A program made the translations under genes and the position numbers. A stretch of 64,000 nucleotides of DNA, taken from the NCBI GenBank assembly GCA_963796055.1, contig CAWCKH010000004.1, positions 832,001 to 896,000 on the forward strand. Reading direction: 5' to 3'. The notes beneath the pieces are model-generated. The model worked only from the letters and a program-made list of their open reading frames with translations. It made no database searches and was not told the DNA's origin. Below, one piece after another: positions 49,411-58,535 of this stretch (position 1 is the first letter of the stretch; every line of letters begins with the position of its first letter). Origin of the DNA: an uncultured delta proteobacterium (lineage in GTDB: Bacteria > Myxococcota > Myxococcia > Myxococcales > Myxococcaceae).

Positions 49411-51926
49411 ACGCCGACGACCTCGGGGCGCTCCTGTCCCTGGCGGCCACCCTCGGGGCGGCCTGGCTCCTCACCTATGCCGTGCACAGCACCGCCCTGA
49501 TCGGCACCGTGTGGCTCGCCGAACGGGCGGGGCTCTTGCGCTCGCTCCGGCTCCGCGACCTCGCGTGGCGCACCGCGCTGGTGGGGGCGCTCTTCACCGC
49601 GACGCTCCAGCTGGCGGCGGGGCTGACCCCCTTCGGTGGGGCGGCGGAGCTCAGCACGCCCGCCCTGCCGGCCATCACCCATCCGTCCACCGAGCCGGAG
49701 ACCCCGCGGATGGCCATCGTGCGGGTCCGGAAGCATCCGGCACCCGCCATTCCCTGGACGGAGACCCCGCCGGCCGCCCCCACGGCCCCGACGTCGGCCG
49801 GCTCCGCCGACACGATGCCGAACGCTCCGCCTGCGCCCGCCCCGGGGCACGCGGTCGCCGTCCCCCGGCTGTCCCCGGCCGGTCTGGCCTTCCTGGGCTG
49901 GGCCGTGGTGGCGAGCGCGTTCCTGCTCCGGCTCGCCGTGCTCCGGGCACGGCTGCTCACCACCCTGGGGGATCGCGCGCCAGTGGTGGACCCGCTGATC
50001 CGGGCCCGGCTCGAGGGCCTGTGTCGGGACGTGGGCCACGCCCGAGCCATCCGGCTCACCACTGCCGAGGGGCTCCGCAGCCCCGTGGCCCTGGGCTGGT
50101 CCGAGATCTGCCTCCCCGCCGAGGCGCTCCTCGAGCTGGACGGCGCCCAGCAGCGCAGCGTGCTCGCGCACGAGCTGGCGCACCTCCGGCGACTCGACCC
50201 GGTGTGGCTGGTGGTCGGCTCGGTGCTCGAGCAGCTCTTCTTCTTCCAGCCCCTGAACCGGATGGCCCGCGCCCGGATGCAGGAGGTGGCCGAGTTCCTC
50301 TGCGACGACTGGGCGGCCGCCCGGAACGGCTCGGGGCTCGACGTCGCCCGGGGGCTGGCCTCGGTCGCGGCCTGGCTCGACGGGCGGGCGCCGCGCGTGC
50401 CGCTCGCCGGCATGGCCGAGCACCCCAGCCAGCTCCTCGCCCGGGTCACCCGGCTCCTGGAGCGGGGCGGGGACGAGGTGGATCGGCTCCGACCCTGGCA
50501 CGTCGGCGGGATGGCCCTGCTGCTCCTGCTGACGGTGTTCCTCGCCCCTGGGGTGCGCGCTGCCCCCGAGCGGGTGCCACCCTCACAGCCCCGCGGCATG
50601 ATCGCCGTCCAGTCGCTGGACCGGGAGATGCTCGACGCCGTGCCCGACGACGCTGCACCCGGAGGCGAGGTGCCGGCGCCGGATGTCCGCGCCACCCCCG
50701 CCCCGCGGGAGGACCCGGCGCGGACGCCGGCCCCGGCCCGGGTGCCCGAGACGGCGCCCCCGGCATCCACCAAGGGGACGGCGCCTGCCCCGCGGACCCG
50801 CACCGTCGAACAGCCCAGCACCCTGCTCGACGCGACACCCACTGCTGGGCCGGTCACCGCGCCCGCCATCGGGCCGCTCCTGGCGCTCGCCGAGCCGGTG
50901 CCGCCGGCCGCCCCGCGCGCGCCGGCCCCGCCCAGGCCGCCCGCGCCGCCCAGCACGGTGGACGTCGAGCGGATTCGCCGCGATGCCCAGCGCATGGCGC
51001 GCGACGCCCAGCGTCAGGCCCACGAGTCCGCCCGCCGGGCCCGGGCGAAGGCCCCTGGCCGGCACGGCAGCGGCGGCACCCCGGCCGACCCGAAGACCGT
51101 GGATGCGCTCATCGGCGCGCTGAAGGACGGCGACCCGGGCGTGCGCCAGGCGGCAGCGGAGTCGCTCGGGCGTCTCGGCGACCCGCGGGCGGTGGACGCC
51201 CTCTCCGCGCTGCTGGGTGACGCCAACGTCGAGGTGCGCCGGAGCGCGGTCGAGGCGCTGGGGAACATCGAGGACCCGAAGGCCATCCCCGCCCTGACCC
51301 GTGCCGCGGGCGACGCCAACCCCACGGTGCGCCGCGAGGCCGCCGAGGCACTGCTCTCGTTCGACGAGCCGGCCGCGGGCGAGCCGCTGATCAAGCTGCT
51401 CGGCGACAGCGACCCGCGGGTGCGACTCACCGCGATGGAGGGTCTTTCCCACCGCGGCGACCGGCGGGCGCTGGGCCCCCTCTCGAAGCTGGTGAAGGAC
51501 CCCAACGTGGAGATCCGCGCCCGAGCGGTCCGCGCTCTGTCGCGGTACCGTGACCCGGCGGCGCAAGACGGGCTGCTGGCCGCCCTGAAGGACGAGAACG
51601 CCGAGGTGCGCGCCGCCGCGGCCGCCGGCCTGGGTGAGCTGGAGCTGAAGTCGGCCCCGCAGGGGCTGCTCGACGCCACCCGGGACCCGAGCGCCGACGT
51701 GCGCCAGGAGGCCGCCGAGGCGCTGGGGCAGATCCACGACCCGAAGGTCGTGCCGCAGCTCAAGGCCCTGCTGGAGGACGCCGACGCCGACGTGCGCGGC
51801 GCTGCAGTGGAAGCGCTCGCCGAGATCCGCGACGGCGCGGCGCTCCAGGCGCTCATCGCCGCGATGCAGAGCAAGGACGTCACCGTCCGGCGCGCCGCGG
51901 CCCAGGCGCTCGGCCAGAGGGACTGA
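49407..51926 (+). CDS. BlaR1-like M56 metallopeptidase with Pro-rich linker and C-terminal HEAT repeats
   Basis: VLAHELAHLRRLD...FFQPL...EFLCDD, TM segments, then repeated L.D....VR..AA.ALG units. Confidence 0.88.
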   Translation: MNADDLGALLSLAATLGAAWLLTYAVHSTALIGTVWLAERAGLLRSLRLRDLAWRTALVGALFTATLQLAAGLTPFGGAAELSTPALPAITHPSTEPETPRMAIVRVRKHPAPAIPWTETPPAAPTAPTSAGSADTMPNAPPAPAPGHAVAVPRLSPAGLAFLGWAVVASAFLLRLAVLRARLLTTLGDRAPVVDPLIRARLEGLCRDVGHARAIRLTTAEGLRSPVALGWSEICLPAEALLELDGAQQRSVLAHELAHLRRLDPVWLVVGSVLEQLFFFQPLNRMARARMQEVAEFLCDDWAAARNGSGLDVARGLASVAAWLDGRAPRVPLAGMAEHPSQLLARVTRLLERGGDEVDRLRPWHVGGMALLLLLTVFLAPGVRAAPERVPPSQPRGMIAVQSLDREMLDAVPDDAAPGGEVPAPDVRATPAPREDPARTPAPARVPETAPPASTKGTAPAPRTRTVEQPSTLLDATPTAGPVTAPAIGPLLALAEPVPPAAPRAPAPPRPPAPPSTVDVERIRRDAQRMARDAQRQAHESARRARAKAPGRHGSGGTPADPKTVDALIGALKDGDPGVRQAAAESLGRLGDPRAVDALSALLGDANVEVRRSAVEALGNIEDPKAIPALTRAAGDANPTVRREAAEALLSFDEPAAGEPLIKLLGDSDPRVRLTAMEGLSHRGDRRALGPLSKLVKDPNVEIRARAVRALSRYRDPAAQDGLLAALKDENAEVRAAAAAGLGELELKSAPQGLLDATRDPSADVRQEAAEALGQIHDPKVVPQLKALLEDADADVRGAAVEALAEIRDGAALQALIAAMQSKDVTVRRAAAQALGQRD

Positions 51927-53329
51927 TGCGCGCCCTGCTGGTGATCTCGGTGCTGGCCGTGCTGGCCGGCGCCGCCGCGGCGCGTGCACGGGCACCCCGG
52001 CACCACTCCGGACGGGGGCTGCGCACGGCGACCCGTCCGGGACCTGGCGAGCCGGAGGTGCGCGCCGCGCTCGAGGCGCTGCGTTCGGGCGACGCCCGGC
52101 TCTGCACCCTGGCCGTGGACCGGCTGGAGCACGGCGGATGGGACTGGCAGCGGCAGCGCCTCGCCGGGGAGGACGCGCTCCCCACCCTGGCGCGGGGTCC
52201 GGTGAAGGCGCCGGCCGTGCTCGCCTTGCTGGCCGATGCGCTCGGAGACCCGCGAGCGTGCGTGCGGCGCGCCGCCGCCATCTGGCTTGGCAACAGTCCG
52301 GCACCGGAGGCGGTCACCCGGCTCACCACCGCCCTGCGCGCGGACGCTCCGGCGACCCGCGAGGCGGCGGCGTTCGGGCTGGGTGTGCACGCAGACGGAG
52401 CGGGCCGTGAGGCCCTGCTGACCGCGCTGCGGGACGGGACCCCGGCGGTGGCCGTCGCCGCGGCCTGGGCGCTGGGCCGCTCCGGGGACCCACGCAACAC
52501 GGGCGGCCTCCGGGGAGCGCTCCAGCACGCCGATGCCGGGGTGCGGCGGGCCGCGGCCGAGGCGCTCGGGGCGTCGGAGGATGCCGCGGCGGTGGACCCG
52601 CTCCTGGCGCGCCGGGCAGACCCCGACGCCTCCGTCCGGGCAGCGGTGGCCTCGGCGCTGGGGGAGATGGAGGACCGGAAGGCGGTCCCGGCACTGGTCG
52701 GGCTGGCCACCGACCGCGACCCGGACGTGCGGAGCGCTGCGCTGGAGGCGCTGGCCCGGCTCGAGGACCCGAGGGCGCTGGAGGTCGCTCGGGGCGCGCT
52801 CGCCGACGGCATCCCCGAGGTGCGTCGGGCGGCGCTGCGGACCCTCGCCGCGCTCGAGGATCCCCGGACCCTGCCCGCCCTCTCCTCCGCACTCGGCGAC
52901 TCCGAGCCGGAGATCCGCGCCGAGGCTGCCCAGGCCCTCGGCCGGATGGAGGACCCGAAGGCGGCGCCGGCACTCTCCAGGGCGGTCAAGGACACGGTTC
53001 CGGACGTGCGGGCGACGGCCGTGGAGGCGCTCGGCGCGCTGGACGGGCTGGGGAGCGTTCCCGCCGCGTTGCTCGACGCCTCCCGCGATCCGGTGCGCGA
53101 GGTGAGGACCGCGGCGGCCGAGGCGCTGCGCGGATTCTCACGGGACGAGGCGGCCGCGCGGCGGCTCACGGCCCTGGTGCACGACGAGGACCGGGCCGTT
53201 CGACGGGCGGCGGCGGAGGCGCTGGTCCACGTCGAGTCGCCCGAGGCACGGGCCGCCCTCCGAGCCGCGCTCGGCGACAGCGACAGCGAGGTGAGGCGCG
53301 CGGCGGCGCGGGGCCTCGGCCGGGACTGA
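51926..53329 (+). CDS. Exported HEAT-repeat protein
   Basis: Signal peptide and more than ten D....VR.AAA.ALG repeats. Start overlaps the upstream stop. Confidence 0.85.
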   Translation: MRALLVISVLAVLAGAAAARARAPRHHSGRGLRTATRPGPGEPEVRAALEALRSGDARLCTLAVDRLEHGGWDWQRQRLAGEDALPTLARGPVKAPAVLALLADALGDPRACVRRAAAIWLGNSPAPEAVTRLTTALRADAPATREAAAFGLGVHADGAGREALLTALRDGTPAVAVAAAWALGRSGDPRNTGGLRGALQHADAGVRRAAAEALGASEDAAAVDPLLARRADPDASVRAAVASALGEMEDRKAVPALVGLATDRDPDVRSAALEALARLEDPRALEVARGALADGIPEVRRAALRTLAALEDPRTLPALSSALGDSEPEIRAEAAQALGRMEDPKAAPALSRAVKDTVPDVRATAVEALGALDGLGSVPAALLDASRDPVREVRTAAAEALRGFSRDEAAARRLTALVHDEDRAVRRAAAEALVHVESPEARAALRAALGDSDSEVRRAAARGLGRD

Positions 53330-53400
53330 GCAAGGTCGCTGGCGCGCCGCTGCGCGCGTGAGCCTGGACGCCCGGCGCCCCTGCGCCGCTCCGTGAGCCT

Positions 53401-53447
53401 CCCCCTGGTGCGGGGGGTTCCGCAGGCGTCCCCCTGCCGCGGGGGAC
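53401..53447. terminator. Two tandem C5/G5 hairpins between convergent genes
   Basis: CCCCC-TGGTGC-GGGGG and GTCCCCC-TGCCGC-GGGGGAC. Confidence 0.35.
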
Positions 53448-53544
53448 TGACCGAGCGCGGCAGGCGACGTGCGGCGACCCGCGCCGGACGCCCGGACCGA
53501 CGGTCAGTGGACCGTGCCGGCCTCGGTTGGCCGGCCGCGCATCG

Positions 53545-53904
53545 TCACTGCCCGTTCAGCAGCCGGCGCCGGCGCTCCCGCAGCACCGCGGCGAGCTCGT
53601 CCACCGCCGGAGCCTGGTCCGGGTCCGGCGGTTCGCTCGCCTCCTGGACGGCCACCGGCGTGGCGGTGCTCCCGTCGACGGGGGTCTTCGACGCCTGGAT
53701 GCGGAAGTGGAGGCGGTACTGGCGCTCGCAGCGGGAACCGCAGAACCATCCCGCGCCGGCGAGGAGGACTCCGCCCGAAGCACGGAGCTGCTCGTCGGTC
53801 TCCCCGGCAATCAGGGTGCGGCATCCGGTGCATTGCTTGCCCTTGGGCACTGCTGGCTTCGACGTCCGTGACCGGAACCACTTCACCACCACGGCAGGCT
53901 CCAT
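53545..53904 (-). CDS. Small hypothetical protein with CxxC...CxxxC putative metal site
   Basis: QCTGCRTLI...GWFCGSRCERQY, GC-biased codons. Start uncertain. Confidence 0.55.
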   Translation of the reverse strand: MEPAVVVKWFRSRTSKPAVPKGKQCTGCRTLIAGETDEQLRASGGVLLAGAGWFCGSRCERQYRLHFRIQASKTPVDGSTATPVAVQEASEPPDPDQAPAVDELAAVLRERRRRLLNGQ

Positions 53905-54120
53905 CTCCCCGCTCCACGGACAACAGTGCCTCGGCCGTGCCGCGCGCCACAATTGAGTCACCGCGCTCCCCAGCGGCGCGACCCACCGGGGTCCAGAGGA
54001 CCTTTGGTCCCGACCCACCCGCTGGCCTCGGACCCACCCCCACGACGCCGCGCTTCCCTGATTTCCTGGTCCTGCCGGACGCCGGTGTGGATGCCGAGCG
54101 AGGCAACGGGTGATGCCCGG

Positions 54121-54170
54121 AAAAGAAGCAGCCCGGCAATCCGCGACGGACGCCGGGCCACAGGCCTTCT
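54121..54170 (-). terminator. Intrinsic terminator of the sRNA
   Basis: GCCCGGC-GUCCG-UCG-CGGAU-U-GCCGGGC followed by UGCUUCUUUU. Confidence 0.8.
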
Positions 54171-54240
54171 ACGACGAGCTCGCTCTTTCTCGTCTGAAGC
54201 GGTGGGGGGGAACCTCTTCAGAGAGCCAAGCGAACCCGGA
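54121..54240 (-). ncRNA. Structured small RNA, Pxr-like
   Basis: Minus strand has a long stem-loop CUGAAG-A-GGU-UCCCCCCC-ACC-G-CUUCAG (C7 at 54204-54210), extended by GUUCGCU/AGCGAGC. A terminator hairpin and U tract follow. The region is intergenic. Confidence 0.7.
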
Positions 54241-54244
54241 ACGC

Positions 54245-54295
54245 CAGATAACGGATTGCACCCCCTTTGACAACGGGTGACAACTGCGTGACGCA
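54245..54295 (-). promoter_or_regulatory. Candidate promoter and regulator sites for the sRNA
   Basis: TTGTCA-17 bp-TATCTG, direct repeat GTTGTCA twice with a 10-bp period (54268-54284), and palindrome TGCGT-N-ACGCA (54285-54295). Confidence 0.45.
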
Positions 54296-54369
54296 CCTCT
54301 CGGGGCTGCCGGACGGAAATTTTCATCGCCGCTGGCAGGTGATGTTCTACCGGGAACTTGCGTCCGGCC

Positions 54370-54753
54370 CTACGGGCCCGTGGCCGCTCCCGCCATCTGG
54401 AACAGCGTGCCGTAGAGCGCCACCAGGAGCACCGCGCTCGCCAGGACGGTCAGCGCAAAGGCGAGCACGAGCACCATCCGCCGCCGCATCAGGGGCTGGG
54501 GGACAGCGAGCGCGTAGGCGACCAGGGCCAGGGGCAACAGCCCGAGCGCCGCCGGCATCCACCCCTGTAGCACCGCGCCGGCGAAGGACGGACCGGTGGT
54601 CCCGAGCGATTCGGAGAGCCGCCGGTACATCGGCACCACGAGCAGCGGCACGCCGAGCGACAGCAGCCCGGACCCGGCCACGACCAGCACGCCGATCCAG
54701 TCCAGGACCGAGAGCCGGGTCAGCGAGGTGTCCTCCGGGCGGGCGGTGGGCAA
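54370..54753 (-). CDS. Small membrane protein (about 3 TM)
   Basis: Hydrophobic C-terminal part of ORF 54370-55413. TTG start after GGAGGGAG. Confidence 0.6.
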   Translation of the reverse strand: MPTARPEDTSLTRLSVLDWIGVLVVAGSGLLSLGVPLLVVPMYRRLSESLGTTGPSFAGAVLQGWMPAALGLLPLALVAYALAVPQPLMRRRMVLVLAFALTVLASAVLLVALYGTLFQMAGAATGP

Positions 54754-54779
54754 CAGGCGTGCTCCCTCCGGAGGCGACT

Positions 54780-55895
54780 CTAGTCGAGTGTCTGCCGGTA
54801 GCCGCGAATGGCCAGTGTGCCCACCACCACCGAGAAGAGGACCAGCGGGTACAGGTGCGGCAGGACATCCGCCAGCCCGTTCCCCTTGAGGAGGATGCCG
54901 CGGATGAGCCGCAGCGCGTGGGTGAGGGGGAGCGCCTCGCCGAGGATCCGCGCCCAGCGGGGCATGCCGGCGAAGGGGAACATGAAGCCGGAGAGCAGGA
55001 TGGAGGGGAGGATGAAGAACACCGCCATCTGCATCGCTTGGAGCTGGTTCCGGGCGAGCGTGGAGAAGGTGAAGCCGACGGCCAGGTTGGCGGCGATGAA
55101 CAGGCCGAGGCCGAGGAGGAGCAGGGGCACCGAGCCCTGCACCGGCACCCGGAACACACCGACCGCCGCGGCGAGGATCAGCGCCACCTGCACGTAGCCG
55201 AGGAAGATGTAGGGGACGATCTTGCCCAGCATCACCTCGAGTGGGCGGACCGGCATGGCGAGGAGATTTTCCATCGTGCCCCGCTCGCGCTCGCGGGTGA
55301 CGGCCAGCGCGGTGATGACCACCAGGGTGAAGGTGAGCAGCGTCCCGATGAGGCCGGGCACGATGTTGTAGGCGGTGATGCCTTCGGGGTTGTAGCGGCG
55401 GTGCACCCGCCACTCGAAGGGGGTGGAGCTCGGCGTCGCGCCGGTGAGATCACGGGCGAGCAGACCGGGGCCGAGCCCCGCCGCGGCGGCGAAGGCGCTG
55501 CTCACCGCGGTGGGGTCGGTGGCGTCGGCGGCGAGCAGGACCGGGGGCCGCTCGCGGCGCTCGACGGAGCGGGCGAAGTCCACCGGCACCTCGAGCACGA
55601 AGAGCACGTCGCCGCGGGCCATCGCACGCTCGGCCTCGGCGGGAGAGACCGGCGGGGAGATGTTGAAGTACTCGGTGGCCCGCATCGCCTCGACCAGCGA
55701 GCGTGCCGGACGTGAGTCGTCGGCCATCACCAGCGCAGTGGGCAGGTGCTTGGGGTCGGTGTTGATGGCAAATCCAAAGAGGAACAGCTGCACCAGGGGC
55801 ATGCCCATCATCAGGGCCAGGGTGAAGCGGTCGCGCCGGGCCTGGATCAACTCCTTCTGCAGCACGGCCACGAAGCGACGGAAGGAGAGGTTCAT
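54780..55895 (-). CDS. ABC-2 type transporter permease (YbhR/YbhS-like)
   Basis: KELIQARRD, FGFAINTDP, TRERERGTMENLL and LLSGFMFPF motifs. Confidence 0.92.
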   Translation of the reverse strand: MNLSFRRFVAVLQKELIQARRDRFTLALMMGMPLVQLFLFGFAINTDPKHLPTALVMADDSRPARSLVEAMRATEYFNISPPVSPAEAERAMARGDVLFVLEVPVDFARSVERRERPPVLLAADATDPTAVSSAFAAAAGLGPGLLARDLTGATPSSTPFEWRVHRRYNPEGITAYNIVPGLIGTLLTFTLVVITALAVTRERERGTMENLLAMPVRPLEVMLGKIVPYIFLGYVQVALILAAAVGVFRVPVQGSVPLLLLGLGLFIAANLAVGFTFSTLARNQLQAMQMAVFFILPSILLSGFMFPFAGMPRWARILGEALPLTHALRLIRGILLKGNGLADVLPHLYPLVLFSVVVGTLAIRGYRQTLD

Positions 55896-56821
55896 CCGGC
55901 GAACCTCCGGTCCGAGAGCAGGTGGATGAAGACGTCCTCCAGCGACGGCGGCTCCTCCACCCAGGTGAGCCCCTCCCGCGTGCGCCAGGGGGCGAGGGCC
56001 GCCTCCAGCGCGGCGCGGCGGGTGCCGCTCACCCGGAGCGTTTGCCCGAAGACCGCCACCGACTCCACCCCCGGCGTGCGGCCGAGCGCGGCGGCCGCCT
56101 CGGCGAGCCCCTCGCCGGTTCCGACGAAGGTGATCAGGCCCGAGCGGGCGACGACGTCGGATGCGGAGCCCTCGACCACCAGCTTTCCGCCGGAGAGGTA
56201 GACGATGCGGTGGCAGCGCTCGGCCTCGTCCATGTAGTGGGTGCTGACCAGCACCGTGATGCCCCGGGTGGCGAGCAGGTGGATGAGGTCCCAGAACTCA
56301 CGGCGCGCCTTGGGGTCGACTCCGGCGGTGGGCTCGTCGAGCAGCAGGAGCTCGGGCTCGTGGAGGACGCAGGCGGCGAGCGCGAGCCGCTGCTTCCATC
56401 CGCCCGAGAGCTGGCCGGCGAGCTGGGTGCGCCGGTCGGTCAGCCCGGCCTGCTCGAGGACGGCGTCGATGCGTCGCGGGCGGTCCGGAAGCTCGTAGAG
56501 CCGGGCCACGAAGTCCAGGTTCTCCTGGACGGTGAGGTCCTCGTAGAAGGAGAAGCGCTGGGTCATGTAGCCGACGCGGCGGCGAATCCGGGGGGCGTCC
56601 TTGCGGACATCGAGCCCGAGGCAGGTGCCCTCGCCGGCGTCGGGGGTGAGCAGGCCGCAGAGCATCCGCAGGGTGGTGGTCTTCCCGCTGCCGTTGGCCC
56701 CGAGGAAACCGCAGATCTGGCCCTTCGCCACCCGGAGGTCGAGGCCCTGCACCACGGCACGATCGCCGAAGGACTTGCGCAGCCCACGCACGTCGATGGC
56801 CAGCGGCGCGGCGGAGGTCAT
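55892..56821 (-). CDS. ABC transporter ATP-binding protein
   Basis: GANGSGKTT, LSGGWKQR, LLLDEPT and STHYMDEA motifs. Confidence 0.93.
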   Translation of the reverse strand: MTSAAPLAIDVRGLRKSFGDRAVVQGLDLRVAKGQICGFLGANGSGKTTTLRMLCGLLTPDAGEGTCLGLDVRKDAPRIRRRVGYMTQRFSFYEDLTVQENLDFVARLYELPDRPRRIDAVLEQAGLTDRRTQLAGQLSGGWKQRLALAACVLHEPELLLLDEPTAGVDPKARREFWDLIHLLATRGITVLVSTHYMDEAERCHRIVYLSGGKLVVEGSASDVVARSGLITFVGTGEGLAEAAAALGRTPGVESVAVFGQTLRVSGTRRAALEAALAPWRTREGLTWVEEPPSLEDVFIHLLSDRRFAG

Positions 56822-57759
56822 TTGACCACCTGGACGTCCAGCGGCTGGCCAGGGTGGAGGCCCTGCAGCGCGGACGAGCGCGCCTCCACCAGGTACACCA
56901 GCTTGCTCCGGGCGTCGCCGGCGTAGACGACCGGCGGGGTGTACTCGGGCTTGGGCGAGACGTAGCTCACCCGGGCATCGAGCGAACCGGAGCAGCCGTC
57001 GCAGCGCACCCGCACCGGAGCGCCGATGCGGACCGAGGCGAGCTGCGGCTCGGGGACGAAGAAGCGGACGCGGAGCGCCCCGTCCGGCAGGAGCGAGAGC
57101 ACGGAGGCTCCCGCGGGGACCATCTCCCCGGCGCGGTAGTAGGTGTCCAGCACCCTGCCCGGGGCGGGGGCGGCGGCCGAGCGCTGCTGCAGCTTCCACT
57201 CGGCCGAGGCCAGGGCGGCACGCGCCATCTCCGTCGCCGCGCGCTGGGCCTCGACTTCCTGCACCCGACCCACCGAGATCTGCAGGCTCCGGAGCCGGGC
57301 CTCGGCGGAGCGCAGGCGGGCGGCGGACTGGTCGCGGTTGGAACGGGCGAGGTCGAGGCGCTGCTGGGTGGAAGCGCCTTCCCTGGAGAGCTGTTCGGTG
57401 CGCCGGAGGTCGGACTCGGCCAGCTCGAGCGCGGCCTTCGCCTCGCGCACCTGGCCGAGCGCGGCGTCCAGGTCGGCGGGGCGGCCTCCGGCCTCGAGGT
57501 TCGCCAGCAGTGCCTGGGCCTGGGCGAGCTTCGCCGCCGCCTCGTCGCGCGCCGCGCGCTCGGCATCGCAGTCCTGGGTGAAGAGGAGCGTTCCGGCGTC
57601 CACCGTGTCGCCGCGCTCGACGGCGAGCCGGGTGAGGATACCGGTGGTGAGCGGCGCGACGCGGGTCTCGTCGGCCTCGGCCCAGCCATGGAAGACGCCG
57701 TCGGCGCGGGTGCATCCGGCCAGCGCCCCGATCGCGACCAGCGTGGCTGCAGCCTTCAT
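56818..57759 (-). CDS. HlyD family membrane fusion protein (YbhG-like lipoprotein)
   Basis: LAGC lipobox, VERGDTV, coiled coil, SPKPEYTPP and LHPGQP motifs. Confidence 0.9.
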   Translation of the reverse strand: MKAAATLVAIGALAGCTRADGVFHGWAEADETRVAPLTTGILTRLAVERGDTVDAGTLLFTQDCDAERAARDEAAAKLAQAQALLANLEAGGRPADLDAALGQVREAKAALELAESDLRRTEQLSREGASTQQRLDLARSNRDQSAARLRSAEARLRSLQISVGRVQEVEAQRAATEMARAALASAEWKLQQRSAAAPAPGRVLDTYYRAGEMVPAGASVLSLLPDGALRVRFFVPEPQLASVRIGAPVRVRCDGCSGSLDARVSYVSPKPEYTPPVVYAGDARSKLVYLVEARSSALQGLHPGQPLDVQVVK

Positions 57760-58401
57760 GACCGATCTCCGGGGGCGGCGGCGAGGCCGCGCAGCAGATT
57801 TTCTCGATGCGCCTCGAGGACGGCCCGGCGGTCCAGGACCAGGTCGGTATGCGCACCGAACGAGTGCTTCCACATGGCGAGCAGCAGCACCGGGGCCATG
57901 ACCAGCGGGACCATGCGGTGCGGATCCACTTGCCGGAACTCACCCCGCGCAATCCCCCGTTCGATGACCCGCTCGAGCAGCCGGAAGGCTCGCCGGAGCA
58001 CCGAGATCCGCGTAGAGACGCGCGAGCTGCGGGAAGTTGCCGGACTCGGCGATCAGGAGCTTCACCACCCCGGTGAGCGGGGTCTCGAGCACCGTGCCCA
58101 GGAGCTCGAAGAGGGCGCGGAAGAGCTCCGGGGTCGGGCCCTCGAACGCGTCGACCATCTCCTCGGCGCGGTCGATGTTCGGAGCGATGGCCTCCCGGAC
58201 CACCGCCTCGAAGAGCTGCTCCTTGCTCTCGAAGTAGAGGTAGACGGTCCCCTTGCTGACCCCGGCCACGGTGGCGACGTCCTCCAGCCGCGTCGCGGCG
58301 AAGCCCCGGTCCGAGAAGAGCTGCAGGGCGGCGGCGACAATCTCCGCTGGCCGCGCCTCCTTGCGCCGCTCCCATCGCTTGGGTCCCTGCGTCCGTTCCA
58401 T
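57756..58401 (-). CDS. TetR family regulator, interrupted by one +1 frameshift at ~58002
   Basis: HTH FSDRGFAATRLEDVATVAGVSKGTVYLYFESKEQLF. Removing one base joins RLYADL to VLRRAFRLLERVIERGIARGEFR, giving 214 aa. Confidence 0.88.
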
Positions 58402-58421
58402 ATAACTGACTGGTAAGTTAT
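58402..58421. promoter_or_regulatory. Palindromic TetR operator abutting the start codon
   Basis: ATAACTGAC-TG-GTAAGTTAT (8 of 9 pairs), AT-rich. Confidence 0.7.
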
Positions 58422-58501
58422 TTGACTCAGGACCGCAAGTCATCTTTCAAGTCACTGATTTTACGGCCTCCTGGTGGGGCGTAAGGGGTCGACAGAAGGG
58501 T

Positions 58502-58523
58502 CGACAGAGGTGTCTGACACCTC
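58502..58523. repeat. 22-bp palindromic dispersed repeat, copy 2
   Basis: CGACAGAGGTGTCTGACACCTC, containing the perfect palindrome GAGGTGTC-T-GACACCTC. GGGTCGACAGA is also duplicated locally (58486-58508). Confidence 0.7.
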
Positions 58524-58535
58524 AATTCGGGGAAT

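Noticed and set aside
54228..54246. Sigma54 promoter for the sRNA (TGGCGTTCCGGGTTCGC on the minus strand)
   Set aside because: GG and GC are 12 bp apart rather than the required 10.
54121..54300. 6S RNA, tRNA-Sec or a riboswitch
   Set aside because: No cloverleaf, no 6S-like closed rod with central bubble and no aptamer consensus that I recognise. A stem-loop plus terminator fits an sRNA better.
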